Source: Octopus vulgaris (lineage: Eukaryota). From it: a stretch of DNA of 64,000 bases. This document shows, one piece after another, positions 51,972 to 64,000 of this stretch. Where the stretch lies: positions 33,542,001 through 33,606,000 of the forward strand of contig OX597833.1 of NCBI GenBank assembly GCA_951406725.2, in the 5' to 3' direction. Under the pieces are notes generated by a model that had not been told where the DNA came from, searched no databases, and was given only the letters and a program-made list of their open reading frames with translations. A program made the position numbers and the translations under genes. Positions within the stretch are counted from its first letter, which is position 1; every line of letters begins with the position of its first letter.

Positions 51972-53170
51972 CCAGATCATCCCATAAGTAATGTAATTTT
52001 TTGTAGTAAGTTTTGAAGAAATAAAAAAGCAAATAAGGTACCAATTTAATCAACTATGTATTCCCCACCTGAATCAATAACATTCTTCCAATGCTGGAAA
52101 AGGTTTTTATGCCATTCCTATAGAAATCAGCCGGTTTAAAAAAGAAAAACTCTTAAAGGTCCATTTCAAGCGCCTCCAAGGAATTGTATTCTTTACCATC
52201 AATAAAACGTTGCAAGCTTTGGAATAAATGATAATCCAAAGGATCACAGTCTGGAGAATATGGAAGATGTAGAAGCCTTTTCCAACCTAGTTTCTCAATC
52301 TTAGCACATGTGATTCTTGCACTATGATGTCTGGCATTGTCATGATGGAAAATGACACCCCTTCAATTGACTAAAAGAGCACCTTTTATCTGTAAGTCTT
52401 TCATTCCATCTATCAATTTGTTCACAGTACATTTGAGTTGTAATCGTCTGGTTTTGTGATGAGGTTTCAAACTGTACAACACCAAACATTTTCCACCAAC
52501 TGCTTAACAAAATTTTCCAAAGATGAATATCTTGTTTTTGATGGGGTCTTGCTTGTTCTGGTTGAACCCATTGACATCAGCATTTAACATACACTTTTCA
52601 TGATTAGTCACGGAGCAGTTCAAAAATGGAAAGTTTTCACTCAGCTCATGTGGAACCCACTTACCAAGCTTAGACACGATTTCAAGTCTAACAAAGCAGG
52701 GTGATTTGATGATGATGACTTAACCTCTTCTGCTAACTCTTCAATAGTTGCATATGGATTTCTTCCAGTAGTGGCGTGGCTTTCAACACATCATTATCAA
52801 AAGAGACAGGGCACCCAGAGCTGCAAGCATCCTCCAAGCAAAAGTCCGCTTGTCAAAATATATTGAACCATTATTGGCACTTGTGGATATTCAGAACACC
52901 TTCACCATACATTTCTTGCACATTTCTCACAGCATTTGTTGCATTGTTGCCTTTTCTTTACTCATAAAGCAGGACATATGTGTTCTTCTGTAACCTCCAT
53001 TTTCATGAGGGGCTAAAGCAACAAATTATTATTTATGTGTCTTCAAGCCAGAATTTATCTAACTGAAGCTTTCCTTGCTCTGTGGTATATATGCACCCAT
53101 GAAAAAATCTTGTTTAAATGTGTTAGAGCGTGTACAATCTGAAAAATGACGTTACTTATGGATGACCTGA
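51972..53170 (-). mobile_element. Second mariner, different TIR family, decayed
   Basis: Left end CAGATCATCCCATAAGTAATGTAATTTTT matches reverse complement of right end TCAGGTCATCCATAAGTAACGTCATTTTT; motifs GKWVPHEL, FHHDNAR, PYSPDCDPLDYHLF, WKNVIDSGGEY. Confidence 0.9.
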
Positions 53171-53494
53171 TATATAATAGATATACATATATATATGCAA
53201 TGGGATCTTTTAGTTCCCATCTACTAAATATATATATATATATTTGTATACGCGTGAATGTGTGTGTGCGCGTGTGTCCACTGCTTGACACCTGATGTTG
53301 TTTCCTTTACATCCTTGTAGCTTAATAGAATAAGCACCAGGCTTTAAAAAAATCAGGGCTGAAGTTAATTTGTTCAACTTCAAGGCAGTGCTCCAGCATG
53401 GTTGCAGAGCTATAATTAGAACAAGAAAAAGATAAAAGATATATAAGGAAGAATGGGGAAAGCGGAAAGAGACCTAATATTATCATTACTGTTA

Positions 53495-53710
53495 GGTGGT
53501 AAGCTGGCAGAATTGTTAGCACGCTGGGCAAAATGTTTAGCAGCATTTCGTCCCTCTTTACATTCTGAGTTCAAATTCTGCTGAGGTTGACTTTGCCTTT
53601 CATCCTTTCAGGATCAATAAAATAAGTACTAGTTGAGTGCTGTGGTCAATGTAATCAACTTATTCCCTCTCCCAAAATTGTTGGCCTTGTGTCAATTTGA
53701 AATAAATATT
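53495..53710 (+). mobile_element. SINE family A
   Basis: Matches family. Confidence 0.88.
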
Positions 53711-54647
53711 ATCATTATTGTTTATTTATCAACTTTACTTTTTGTCCCTTCATAGTAAATAAAATAAAGTACCAGTATTGACTAAGCCCACCCATCAAAC
53801 TATTGAGCCTAAATAATTCATCATTGTTTTGTTGTCCACTTTTTTGTGCTTGCATGGGTCAGATGGGATTCATTGAGTTAGATTTTCTATTGCTGGATGC
53901 TCTTCCTGTTGTCAACCCTCACCTGTTTCCAGGCAGGGTAATATTTCTCCATGGCTTGACATGATTCTATATAAAATTAGAAATGAGTGACATTCATTTA
54001 CAACAATTACATGATGAGAAGACAGGAGGACACAAACACACACATATGATGGGCTTCTTTCAGTTTTCTGTCTGCCAAATCCTCTTGCAAGGTTTTGATC
54101 ATCCCCAGGGCTATAATAGAGGACACTTGCCCAATGTGCCATGCAATGGAACTGAATCCAAAAGCATGTGACTGAAAAGCCAGCTTCTTAAGCAGACTAC
54201 TAAGCCTGTGCCTCCTATATTTTAAATGCAAACACAACCAGGTTGATGTAATTCCCTTCTTCTTCTTCTTCTTCTTCTTCTTCTTCTTCTTCTTCTTCTT
54301 CTTCTTCTTCTTCTTCTTCTCCTCCTCCTCCTCCTCCTTCTTCTTTTTCTTCTTCATTTATTTTATTTTTATTTATTTATTTTCTATATATATATAGTTT
54401 ACTTCTGAACAAGATTATAACCATCTGGTATTGCTGTGTTGATAATTAATATAATTGTTATTGTTTCATCATGAAAAATTGTGTCAGGTTAATTATCTGC
54501 TATCTGATCAATCTGTCTGCCTATTTGTCTGCTTGTATGCTAAAATTTCATTGTCTTTTCAAATTATCATTTCCTAAGACAGATACAGGTTCATATAAGA
54601 ACCACTGAACTTTTTCTCAAGGGAGTTGAAATTGGATGATTCATTAT

Positions 54648-55690
54648 CATCATCATCATCATTTAACATCCGTTGTCCATGCTGGCATGGGTTGGACGGT
54701 TTGACTGGGCTGGCACACTGGAAGGCTGCACCAGACTCCATTCTGATTTGGCATGGTTTCTATAGCTGGATGCCCTTCCTAACACCAACCATTCCAAGAG
54801 TGTAATAATGGCTTTTACATGCCACCAGCACGTGTGTCATTTGCATGACACCAGTATCTGCCTTGACTGCGATTTTGTTCAGCTTGATGGATCTTCTTCT
54901 CAAGCATGACATAATACCAAAGGTCTTGGTCATTGCCTTTGTGAGGCCCAACACTTGAAAGGAACTCAGCCACTTTGCCTCTGTGAGGCCCAATGCTCAA
55001 AAGGAACTCAGCCACTTTGCCTCTGTACCACCAGCACAAGTGCCAGTTACCACAACTATGATTTCACTTGACATGATGGATCCTCTCAAGCAGAGCACAT
55101 TGCCAAAAGTCTCAGTCATTCATCATTGCCTCTGTGAGGCTCTAAGTTTGAAGATCATGCTTCACCATGTCTTCCTGGATCTACCTCTACCACAGGTTCC
55201 CTCCACAGTTAGAGATCAGCACTGCTTTACACAGCTGCCCTTGTCCATATGCATCACATGATCATACTAGCACAGTAACTTCTCTTGCACAACCACATCT
55301 GATTCCTCTTATGCCTAACTTTTCTCTCAAGATGCTTACTCTCTGTCGAACTTGCACATTGGATTTGCACATCCAGCGAAGCATACTGGCTTCACTTCTT
55401 TCAAGCCTACATATGTCCTCGGCTGTCACAGCCCATGTTTCATTGCCAAGCAGCATAGCTGTTCACATACAGGCATCAAACAATCTGCCTTTCACTCTGA
55501 GAGAGAGGCCCTTTGTTGCCAGCAGGGGTAGGGGCTCTCTGAACTTTGCCCTACCTAATCTTATTCTTACAGCTATGTTCTTAGAGCATCTACCTCCACT
55601 ACTAACATGGTCACCGAGAGAATGGAAGCTATCTACTACCTCTAGCTGACCCTGCTGGAAGTTGATGGAGTCTATTTTCTGCACATTTAT
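54648..55690 (-). mobile_element. RTE (PHD-insert family) 3' part with 3' UTR and (TGA)n tail
   Basis: LEVVDSFHSLGD, RVKGRLFDAC, ETWAVT, MLRWMC; tail ATGATGATG. Confidence 0.9.
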
Positions 55691-56442
55691 ACATGCTAAA
55701 GCAGCTTTGCTACATAATTATGTTTCTGAGTATATTTTGTCAGAGCTAATATAGAACATCTTGATACAACCTAATGTAGAATATCCTTATGTGATGTATT
55801 GTCTCATAAAATACACCACAGAGGGAACATGACAAATCTGTTTCACACTGTAGCAGTAATGGCTATTCCTTTCAATATATTTAGCAAATAAAGTATGGCT
55901 TTATATGAAAGTTAGAAATTATTGTTATTGAGTGAAAGTGCAATGCATGACATCAAAGTGACACTGGGGTACAAATATATGAAACCCAATCATGACGTTC
56001 CACCTGATAAGGGTACACCAGGCACATGCATCACAACTACATGTGCACAATATGGTGATCTTGGCGATCTCATATCAAGATAAACAACACATGACCTTCA
56101 ATAAAGTTTGTTTAAGGATGATGAATGAAACACTCATGTCTCAACATCTCAACACATGACTATGATGCTCCCCCAATTACTTCTGCTCATAATCAGAGAT
56201 ACACATATCGTCAACCACAAAGGGGCATGCTCAACTGGTTATGGTCAAGCAACTAACAAGCAAACCTATGGTATTGAGCAAAGTATTTGGTGTAGCCCAT
56301 CTTTTATACCAAGACAAAACAAGTAATGATAACACTTCCAATCAGTTAAGATCAGATGCCATGAGAGCCACTACATAGTATTGCATCAGGGCATACCACT
56401 GCCTGGTATAGCATCGGGGCATTCTTCTTCTTCTTCTTCTTC

Positions 56443-56475
<33 letters not shown>

Positions 56476-57631
56476 CCTGCAATCAACAGATGTGTTTGCC
56501 CAATGCCAGGCAAAATCGAAATCATCAGTGTCCCCATTGTGTCTTCATAGCAAAATCCGTCCCTGGACTCAAATTACATTCATGCATCCATCACAAATAG
56601 ATGCAGCATTTTTGTTCTTTAATTTTTTAAAGTTGTTTTCTCTTTTTGTCACTTTTTTACTTTAAATCCTCTTTCAAACACTTATACATTGAAATTGACA
56701 GGAGTGACCATTATTATCCTCCTCCTCCTCCCCCTCCCCTCCTCCTCTTCCTCCTCCTCCTCCTCCTCATCGTCATCATCATCATCATCATCATCATCGT
56801 CATCGTCATCATCATTGTCATCGTTGTCGTCGTCATCGTCATCGTTGTCGTCGTCATCATTATTATTATTGTATATTTATTATCATGATAGTAGTGATGG
56901 TGGTAGTGGATATATAGAAGAATTAGAATGCTGGACAAACAACATTATTTACTATGTTTTTTTTTATATTCCAAGTTCAAATCTGATTGGGGTTAAATTT
57001 ACCTTTATTCTGCTTCCCTATGCCATCATGTTTGCAAATGACCCTTAGTGTCTTCCTTGATTGGAGAAATATCTACTTGAAATGGAATCATGGCAAAATA
57101 TGAAGATGGTCACTTGTTGCTATCCTTTAGGTAGGTTTTTTTATAAGACACCATTTGGTGGCTAGATGCAGATAAGTTTGCTATGCCTACCTAGGCCTTC
57201 AGAATATAAAGATACAAGCAATGGGTATGCAGGTTATTTTGGAAATACCTCACAGAGTGACAATCATGCCCTGCATAGTTACAAGTTACCCTTTCTCAAG
57301 GTATAGCACCCATTCAGCCACACTGCCAGGGATCCAGTGCAATCATGGCACTGCAGCATGGCGAATTGTGAAGAGAGGTAGTGGAAGAGCTCAACGGAGC
57401 CAATAGTGCTTCTTACCTTGATGTTAAGGAGAGGAATCCATGAAGATCAATGGTCAGGATCACCAAGCTCTATCAAGAGAATAACTGCAACACATCCATA
57501 GATGTGGCATCCATGGTTGTGTAAACAGTTAATGAAAGATTCACTGTACCTCAAGCTCCCAATTCAAATTCATAATAAGGGAATCTGATGGCTTCAGAGT
57601 CATGAGAATCCACAAAAGCAACATGACAATT

Positions 57632-59087
57632 AATCATTCATTTAATGTCTGTTTTCCATGCTGGCATGGGTTGGACAGTTAGATGGTTTGACTGGAACTG
57701 GTAAGCCAAAGACCCATGGTTTCTACAGCTGGATGCCCTTCTTAACACCAACCAAGAGTGTAGTGGGTGCTTTTTACATGTCACTGGCACAAGTGCCAGT
57801 AACATAACACTGGCATTGGCCATGACTATGATCTCACTTGGCTTGACAAGTATTCTCAAGCATGGTATATCTTCAAAGATCTCAGTCGTTTTTCACCTGC
57901 CTCCATGAGGCCCAATGTTTGATGGGTTTTTTTTTTACATGTCACCAACATGGGTGCAGGTTATGTGACACTGGCATCAGCCATGATTACGATTTCACTT
58001 GGCTTGACGGATCTTCTCAAGCACAGCATATTACTATTGCACAACATTTGAACATGCACACTGACATTGCACACCCAGCGAAACATACTAGCTTCATTTC
58101 TTTCAAGCTCACACATGTCTTTGGCAGTCACAGCCCATGATTCACTGTTATGTAGCATAGCTGTTTTATTGTGCCACCAGCATGGGTGCCAATTACATGA
58201 CACTGGCATTGGTCATGACTACAATTTCACTTGGCTTAAGGGGTCTCCTCAAACATGGCATATCGTCAAAGGTCTCTGTCACTAGTCATCACCTCCAACA
58301 TTCAAATGTCATGAGGCTCAACATTCGAAAATCATGTCACCACCTCATTCCATGTCTTCCTGGATCTACCTCTTTCACAGGTTCCCTCCACAGTTAGAGA
58401 CCAGCTTGTCTTTATACAGCTGTCTTCATCCATATACATCACATGACCATACCAGCACGTTCATCTCTCTTGCACATCATATTCTGATGCCTCTTATGCA
58501 CAGTTTTTCTCTCAAGATGGTTACACTCTGTTGAACATGCACACTGACATTACACATCCAGCGAAACATACTAGCTTCATTTCTTTCAAGCTCACACATG
58601 TCTTTGGCAGTCACAGCCCATGTTTCACTGCTATGTAGCATAGCTGTTCACATACAGGCACCATACAATCTACCTTTCACTCTGAGGGAGAGATCCTTTG
58701 TTACTAGGAGAGATAGGGGTAGCCTATTTTTATTCTAGCAGCTATACACTCAAAGCATTCACCTCAACTACTGACTTGGTCGCCTAGGTAACAGAAGCTA
58801 TCAATTACTTCTAGTTTTCCCCACTGGCATTTGATGGAGTCTATTTTCTGAACATTCTTATTGTTAATTGTACTTGTGCACCTTCCACACACAAAAACTA
58901 TTTTCCTTGCTACCCTTCATCTGATATTGGTGCACCTTTTATTTATCTATAGCTTACATCAAGTACAACTTGTGGAGTTTCTACCTACACCTTTTCTACA
59001 GACTCAGAAGGACTATCTACTTGAAGGGGTTTGTCATTTGTCTGCTCCCCTACTTACTAAGACTTTGGCTTTTACTAGATTAACTCT
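57632..59087 (-). mobile_element. RTE (PHD-insert family) 3' part with internal duplications
   Basis: Same RT C-terminal and UTR sequences; 58050-58165 duplicates 58530-58645; UTR block repeated three times. Confidence 0.88.
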
Positions 59088-59536
59088 ATACTTTTATCTG
59101 ACATTCTGTCAATTCGACACCCTAGATTTATACCTTATTAATCCCAGAAACATGGAAAGCAAAGTTGATTTTCTACATTCGAGGATCAATGACATAAGTA
59201 GTGGTGGAGTGGTGGGGCAGCATGATCAGTTATGCTCCTTCACAAGAAATATGGCCTCATGCATCATCATCACCACCATCATCATCAACATCATCGTTAC
59301 CACTGCCACCTTCCTCATCATTATCAGCAGCAGCAGCTCTTGTACACCTTTGTTTTTGCTTGAGTCCTCTCGACTTACCACCATGCAGTTATTATAAATG
59401 AGCACTGTCTTCATGCAAGCAGTGTCATTTGTGAAAACATGCCTGGCCATGGGAAGATGGGGGGGGGAGATTATTATCCTGCTTGGAAACAGGTGAGAAC
59501 TGGACACATGCAATTGTGGAAAAGTGGACATTAAAA

Positions 59537-59657
59537 TGATGATGATGATGGTGATAATGTGGTGATAATGATGGTGATGATGATGATGATGATGATGATG
59601 ATGACGACAACAATGATGATGATGACGACAACAATGATGATGATGACGACAACAACA

Positions 59658-59720
<63 letters not shown>
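59537..59720 (+). repeat. Expanded (ATG)n microsatellite continuing an RTE tail
   Basis: Follows GGAAAAGTGGACATTAAAATGATG. Confidence 0.9.
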
Positions 59721-59722
<2 letters not shown>

Positions 59723-60152
59723 TGAGTTTGTATTTTTAAATCTATTTTTGGGGGGTTTTTTTATGACATACCCAACAACTTTCCACAGAGCACCAGTGTG
59801 CCATGCTGCACGTACATTTGTAGTCTCTGGTAATGATTATGTGTGTTTTGCCACCAACATCATGCAAAACCACTATAATTTTATTATTACGCCAAAACAA
59901 TACTACTACTATCTCTACTTAATCACTGTAATATTATTACCACCACCACCACCACCACTATTACTTTAATCCTTTTACAGCAGAAATCAGATATAGCCTC
60001 TCAAAATTTCATTACACTTAACTGTAGAAAGCAGTTTTATATTCCAATCTCTCTTTTGTTGAAGAACGTCATGTTGGAAATGAATTTTTGGTGAGATATA
60101 TCAAGTTTGCAGAGGCAACGTGACTTACAGAAAATAATTTTACTTGTTTTTT

Positions 60153-60358
60153 ATTCTTTTATTTGTTTCAGTCATTTGACTGTGGCCATGCTGAAGCACC
60201 TCCTTTAGTTGAACAAATCGACCCCAGGACTTATTCTTTATAAGCCTAGTACTTATTCTATCGGTCTCTTTTGCCGAAACGCTAAGTTACAGAGACATAA
60301 ACACACCAGCATCGGTTGTCAAGCAATGTTGGAGGGACAAACACAGACACAGAAACAT

Positions 60359-60392
<34 letters not shown>

Positions 60393-60555
60393 ATATACGA
60401 CAGGCTTCTTTCAGTTTCCGTCTACCAAATCCTCTCACAAGGCTTTGGTCATCCCGAGGCTATAGTAGAAGACACTTGCCCATGGTGCCATGCAGTGGGA
60501 CTGAACCCAGAACCATGTGGTTGGAAAGCAAGCTACTTACCACTCCTGCACCTAT
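60153..60555 (-). mobile_element. SINE family B
   Basis: Matches family. Confidence 0.9.
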
Positions 60556-60623
60556 TTAACATCCTTATCAGAATAACTATGGAATTTAATCTTGCAGTTA
60601 AAGGGTTAACAATTTTAATCAAG

Positions 60624-60784
60624 TAAATTATTTACATTATTTACATTTGACGGATATTTGTCCTCATCTTGTTTGTTGTTAACACAATGTTTCAGCTGAT
60701 ATACCCTCCAGCCTTCATCAGGTGTCTTGGGGAAATTTCGAACCTGGGTTCTCATTCCCAAGGTATTTTTCGATGTTGTTATTA

Positions 60785-60837
<53 letters not shown>

Positions 60838-60957
60838 ATTATTATTATTATTATTATTATCATTTTTATTCAGGTCACTGCCTGATATAGAACTCGGAAT
60901 CTTGGGGCATGTAAATAATGTAAATAATGTAAATAATTCCTCATCTCTTAAATAAAG
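60624..60957. mobile_element. Short hammerhead-containing retroelement with 5' inversion and 16-bp TSD
   Basis: Flanks AACAATTTTAATCAAG (60608-60623) and AACAATATTAATCAAG (60958-60973); ATGTAAATAATGTAAATAAT in both orientations. Confidence 0.75.
60681..60726 (-). ncRNA. Minimal type I hammerhead ribozyme, canonical core
   Basis: GACAC-CTGATGA-AGGCTG-GAGGGTATAT-CAGCT-GAAAC-ATT-GTGTT. Confidence 0.75.
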
Positions 60958-61011
60958 AACAATATTAATCAAGATCGCCACACAACTATAAACCACACCA
61001 TAATCCCTGTA

Positions 61012-61465
61012 ATACTGGTTTCAAATTTTGGCACAAGGCCAGCAATTTTAGGGGGAACGTAAGCCAATGACATTGATACCCAGTGCTCAACTGGCAATTA
61101 TTTTATTGACATCCCCAAAAGGATGAAAGGCAAAGTCGACCTCAATAGAATTTGAACTCAGAATGTAAAGACTGACATAATGCCATTTAGCATTTTGCCC
61201 AGCATACTAACAATTCTGCCAGCTCACTGCCTTAGAAAAAGCAGTAATAATGATTTCAAATTTTGGCACAAGGCCAGCAATTTCAAGTGAAGGGGAATGT
61301 TGATTACATCAACTCCAGTGCTCAACTGGTAATTATTTTATCAACCTCAAAAAGGTGAAAGGCAAAATCAACCTCTGCAGAATTTGAACTTAGAACGTAA
61401 AGACAGATGACATGTTGCTAAGCATTTTGCCCAGCATGCTAATGATTCTGCCAAGTCACCACCTT
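61012..61465 (-). mobile_element. Two tandem SINE family A copies
   Basis: 61012-61233 and 61248-61465 each match the family. Confidence 0.9.
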
Positions 61466-62844
61466 CCATTAGTCCTGTAATACTACCATCAACTACAGTA
61501 CTGCCAATTTTTACCCTCCACTAGTTACCACTACCACACCTCTTCCATTATAATAGATCAGTTTTCCCAATCTATTTTCCCCCAGGCCCCATTAGAACTT
61601 CCCAGAAAAATGCATGCCCCATTGGTGGCATATGTAAAAAGATTAACAATTTATCTATTAATTATATACACATCTAATATGGTTGTTTAACATGCAAGAA
61701 ATAGCAGGCAAATTTTGTTCCAAAATTCACACAATTTCTATCTTAAGAAAAGACACAGAGTAAAGTATATCTGGAGTCCCTTAACACATAAGGAGAAGAC
61801 AGGATGGTCACGGTTGGAATAGCCATTGATTGTAGATTTACACAGTCATAGCTGACTAGGATTTACACAACAATAACCCGCACAAACATTACCATTGCAT
61901 ATTAATACTAGCTTTCATATCAATACTTTACCTCTACTGACACTACAACCAACACCACCATCACCAGCACCTAACTCTGTAACACCACTTATTTCATTAC
62001 CACCACCATCACACACCACTGCTGTTTGTTTGGCGCCAAAACCACCTCTGCCTATGATAGTTCTGATATCTGTATCACCAACTCTCTCACCATCACCACC
62101 TCCACAACACCTTCGCTTTTGATAGTTCCACCACCTGTATCATCACTATTACTACTGCTGCTATATTTCATTACCTTATTATAACTGCACCATCATCACA
62201 AGCTCTACATCAACAGTTTTACAACTGCACCTGCAGGGTTGGAATTATATACATCCATTGTACCCTTATAGAATGAAAAACTGTGTAAGACACGGGGAGA
62301 GAGATGGGGAAAGAAAGAGAGAGTTAGAGACAGGAAGAGTAATAGTAGATTAAGCCAAGGGTAGAGAGAATAGCAAAAAGAGATAGAGATAGAGAGAGAG
62401 AGAGAGAGAGTAAGGGAGAGAGACAGAGAGAGAGAGAAAGGGAGATGGATAGATGGATAATTAGGTAGACAGACAGACAGACAGAGGAAGAGAAAGACAG
62501 ACAAACATACATAAGACAGACAGACAAAGATAGAGAGGATAATAAGGGGAGATGTGGAGAAAAATGGTGTAGGTAGTTTCAGAGAAAGAGAGAATAAGGG
62601 TGGGGGAAATTGAGAAAGAGAGAGAGGGAGTGAGGATGGGAGAAAGTGAGAGGGTGAATGAGAATAATATGGAGAGATAGCTAGAAGAGTTTATAGTTAG
62701 AGAGAGAGATGGAAAGAGAGAGGGAGAGGTAGCTTGAAGGAAACAGGAGAGAGTAGAGGTAACTTGAGGCAGATAGATAGGTAACCAACTATAGGTTGGG
62801 AGTAGTGAAGTAAAAAAAGGGGGTCAGAGAGATGACTAATGTCA

Positions 62845-62910
62845 TTCATTGACTCCAAACAGCCCCCGACCTCAACCCCATCTTGAACTGGCAGACATCT
62901 CTTGAAGATT
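62845..62910 (+). pseudogene. Tc1-like transposase remnant
   Basis: Near match to WPPNSPDLNPIE (PNS-PDLNPILNW with one frameshift). Confidence 0.4.
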
Positions 62911-63210
62911 TTACTGTTGTTATGGTTACTGTGTTATATATATATAGGTGCTATTGATTTCTTCATGCACACACATGTACACAATGAGACATGCACTCGT
63001 GTATAGCTATACGTGTGTGTGTGTATATATATGTATGTATGTATGTGTATGTATATATATATGTATATACAAACACATATACACACACATGCAAACATTT
63101 ATATATGCATGTGTGTAAGTACATATCAATATTAATATACCTCTGTGTGTGCATATGAATGTATACAAAAATGCATGTGTGTATGTCTCTCCCTCTCTCT
63201 CTCTCTCTTT

Positions 63211-63249
<39 letters not shown>

Positions 63250-63434
63250 GCGTATGTATTTGTATGTATTTTGTAGTACAAATTGGATAAATAGAATTCA
63301 AAGTGAATGAACATATTTTTTATTAATTTGAATGGGGAGAGGTTGCAAAGGACTGATAGTTTTTCACAAGCATCACATACACAAAACTCTCAACCTATGA
63401 ATCACTTTGTCACTTCTGCCAATTAGAACCAATA

Positions 63435-63487
63435 TATATACATATATATGTACATACATGCACATACATACATACACACATACACAC

Positions 63488-63572
<85 letters not shown>

Positions 63573-63668
63573 TACATACATACATACATACATACATACA
63601 TACATACATACATACATACATACATACATACATACATACATACATACATACATACATACATACATACA

Positions 63669-63723
<55 letters not shown>
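63435..63723. repeat. (CA)n(TACA)n(TA)n microsatellite
   Basis: Directly visible. Confidence 0.97.
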
Positions 63724-63727
<4 letters not shown>

Positions 63728-63915
63728 GCACCAAGTTCACCACATTGCTTTGGAGATACACCAAAAGATGCTGCAATTGTTGATTCAGAAAAGATTTTGG
63801 CTGATTATTTTTTGTCTTTTACTTGTTTCTGTCATTAGACTGCACCCGATGCTAGGGAAATAGCTTGAAGAATCTTTAATCAGATGAACTGACCCCAGTA
63901 CTTTTTTTTTTTTAA

Positions 63916-64000
63916 CCCTTTAGCATTTAAACCGGCCATATTCGGCCAAAAGTATTCTGCCTGTTTTATGTTCAAACTGGCCAGATCTGGTCTCTCACAC
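63916..64000 (+). mobile_element. Left end of a piggyBac-like MITE running off the window
   Basis: TTAA at 63912-63915 followed by CCCTTT; other end not visible. Confidence 0.45.

Noticed and set aside
57080-57620. Possible old LINE C-terminal remnant
   Set aside because: Only faint motif resemblance (DVASMVV); too decayed to call

Overview
AT-rich, microsatellite-dense animal DNA with no recognisable host exon, so probably intronic or intergenic. The SINE families and repeat make-up suggest an octopus or other coleoid cephalopod (inference). Almost all signal is mobile DNA: two mariners with TIRs, a Tigger/pogo fragment, hAT-like and Tc1-like MITEs, a solo LTR nested in a MITE, a Tx1/L1-clade LINE, three RTE families, a Neptune-type Penelope element, Helitrons and dozens of tRNA-derived SINEs. 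Most ORFs in the track are microsatellite translations. Four observations stand out. (1) About ten hammerhead-ribozyme-like motifs from several sequence-unrelated short families, mostly with palindromic stem III. (2) One of these is a ~330 bp insertion with a 16-bp target-site duplication, a tRNA-like remnant and a 5' inversion. (3) A Helitron family carries a captured LINE ORF1-like fragment, with two copies head-to-head. (4) An RTE family has a PHD-type C4HC3 finger inside its reverse transcriptase. Everything was read by eye, no searches were run, and coordinates may be a few bases off.
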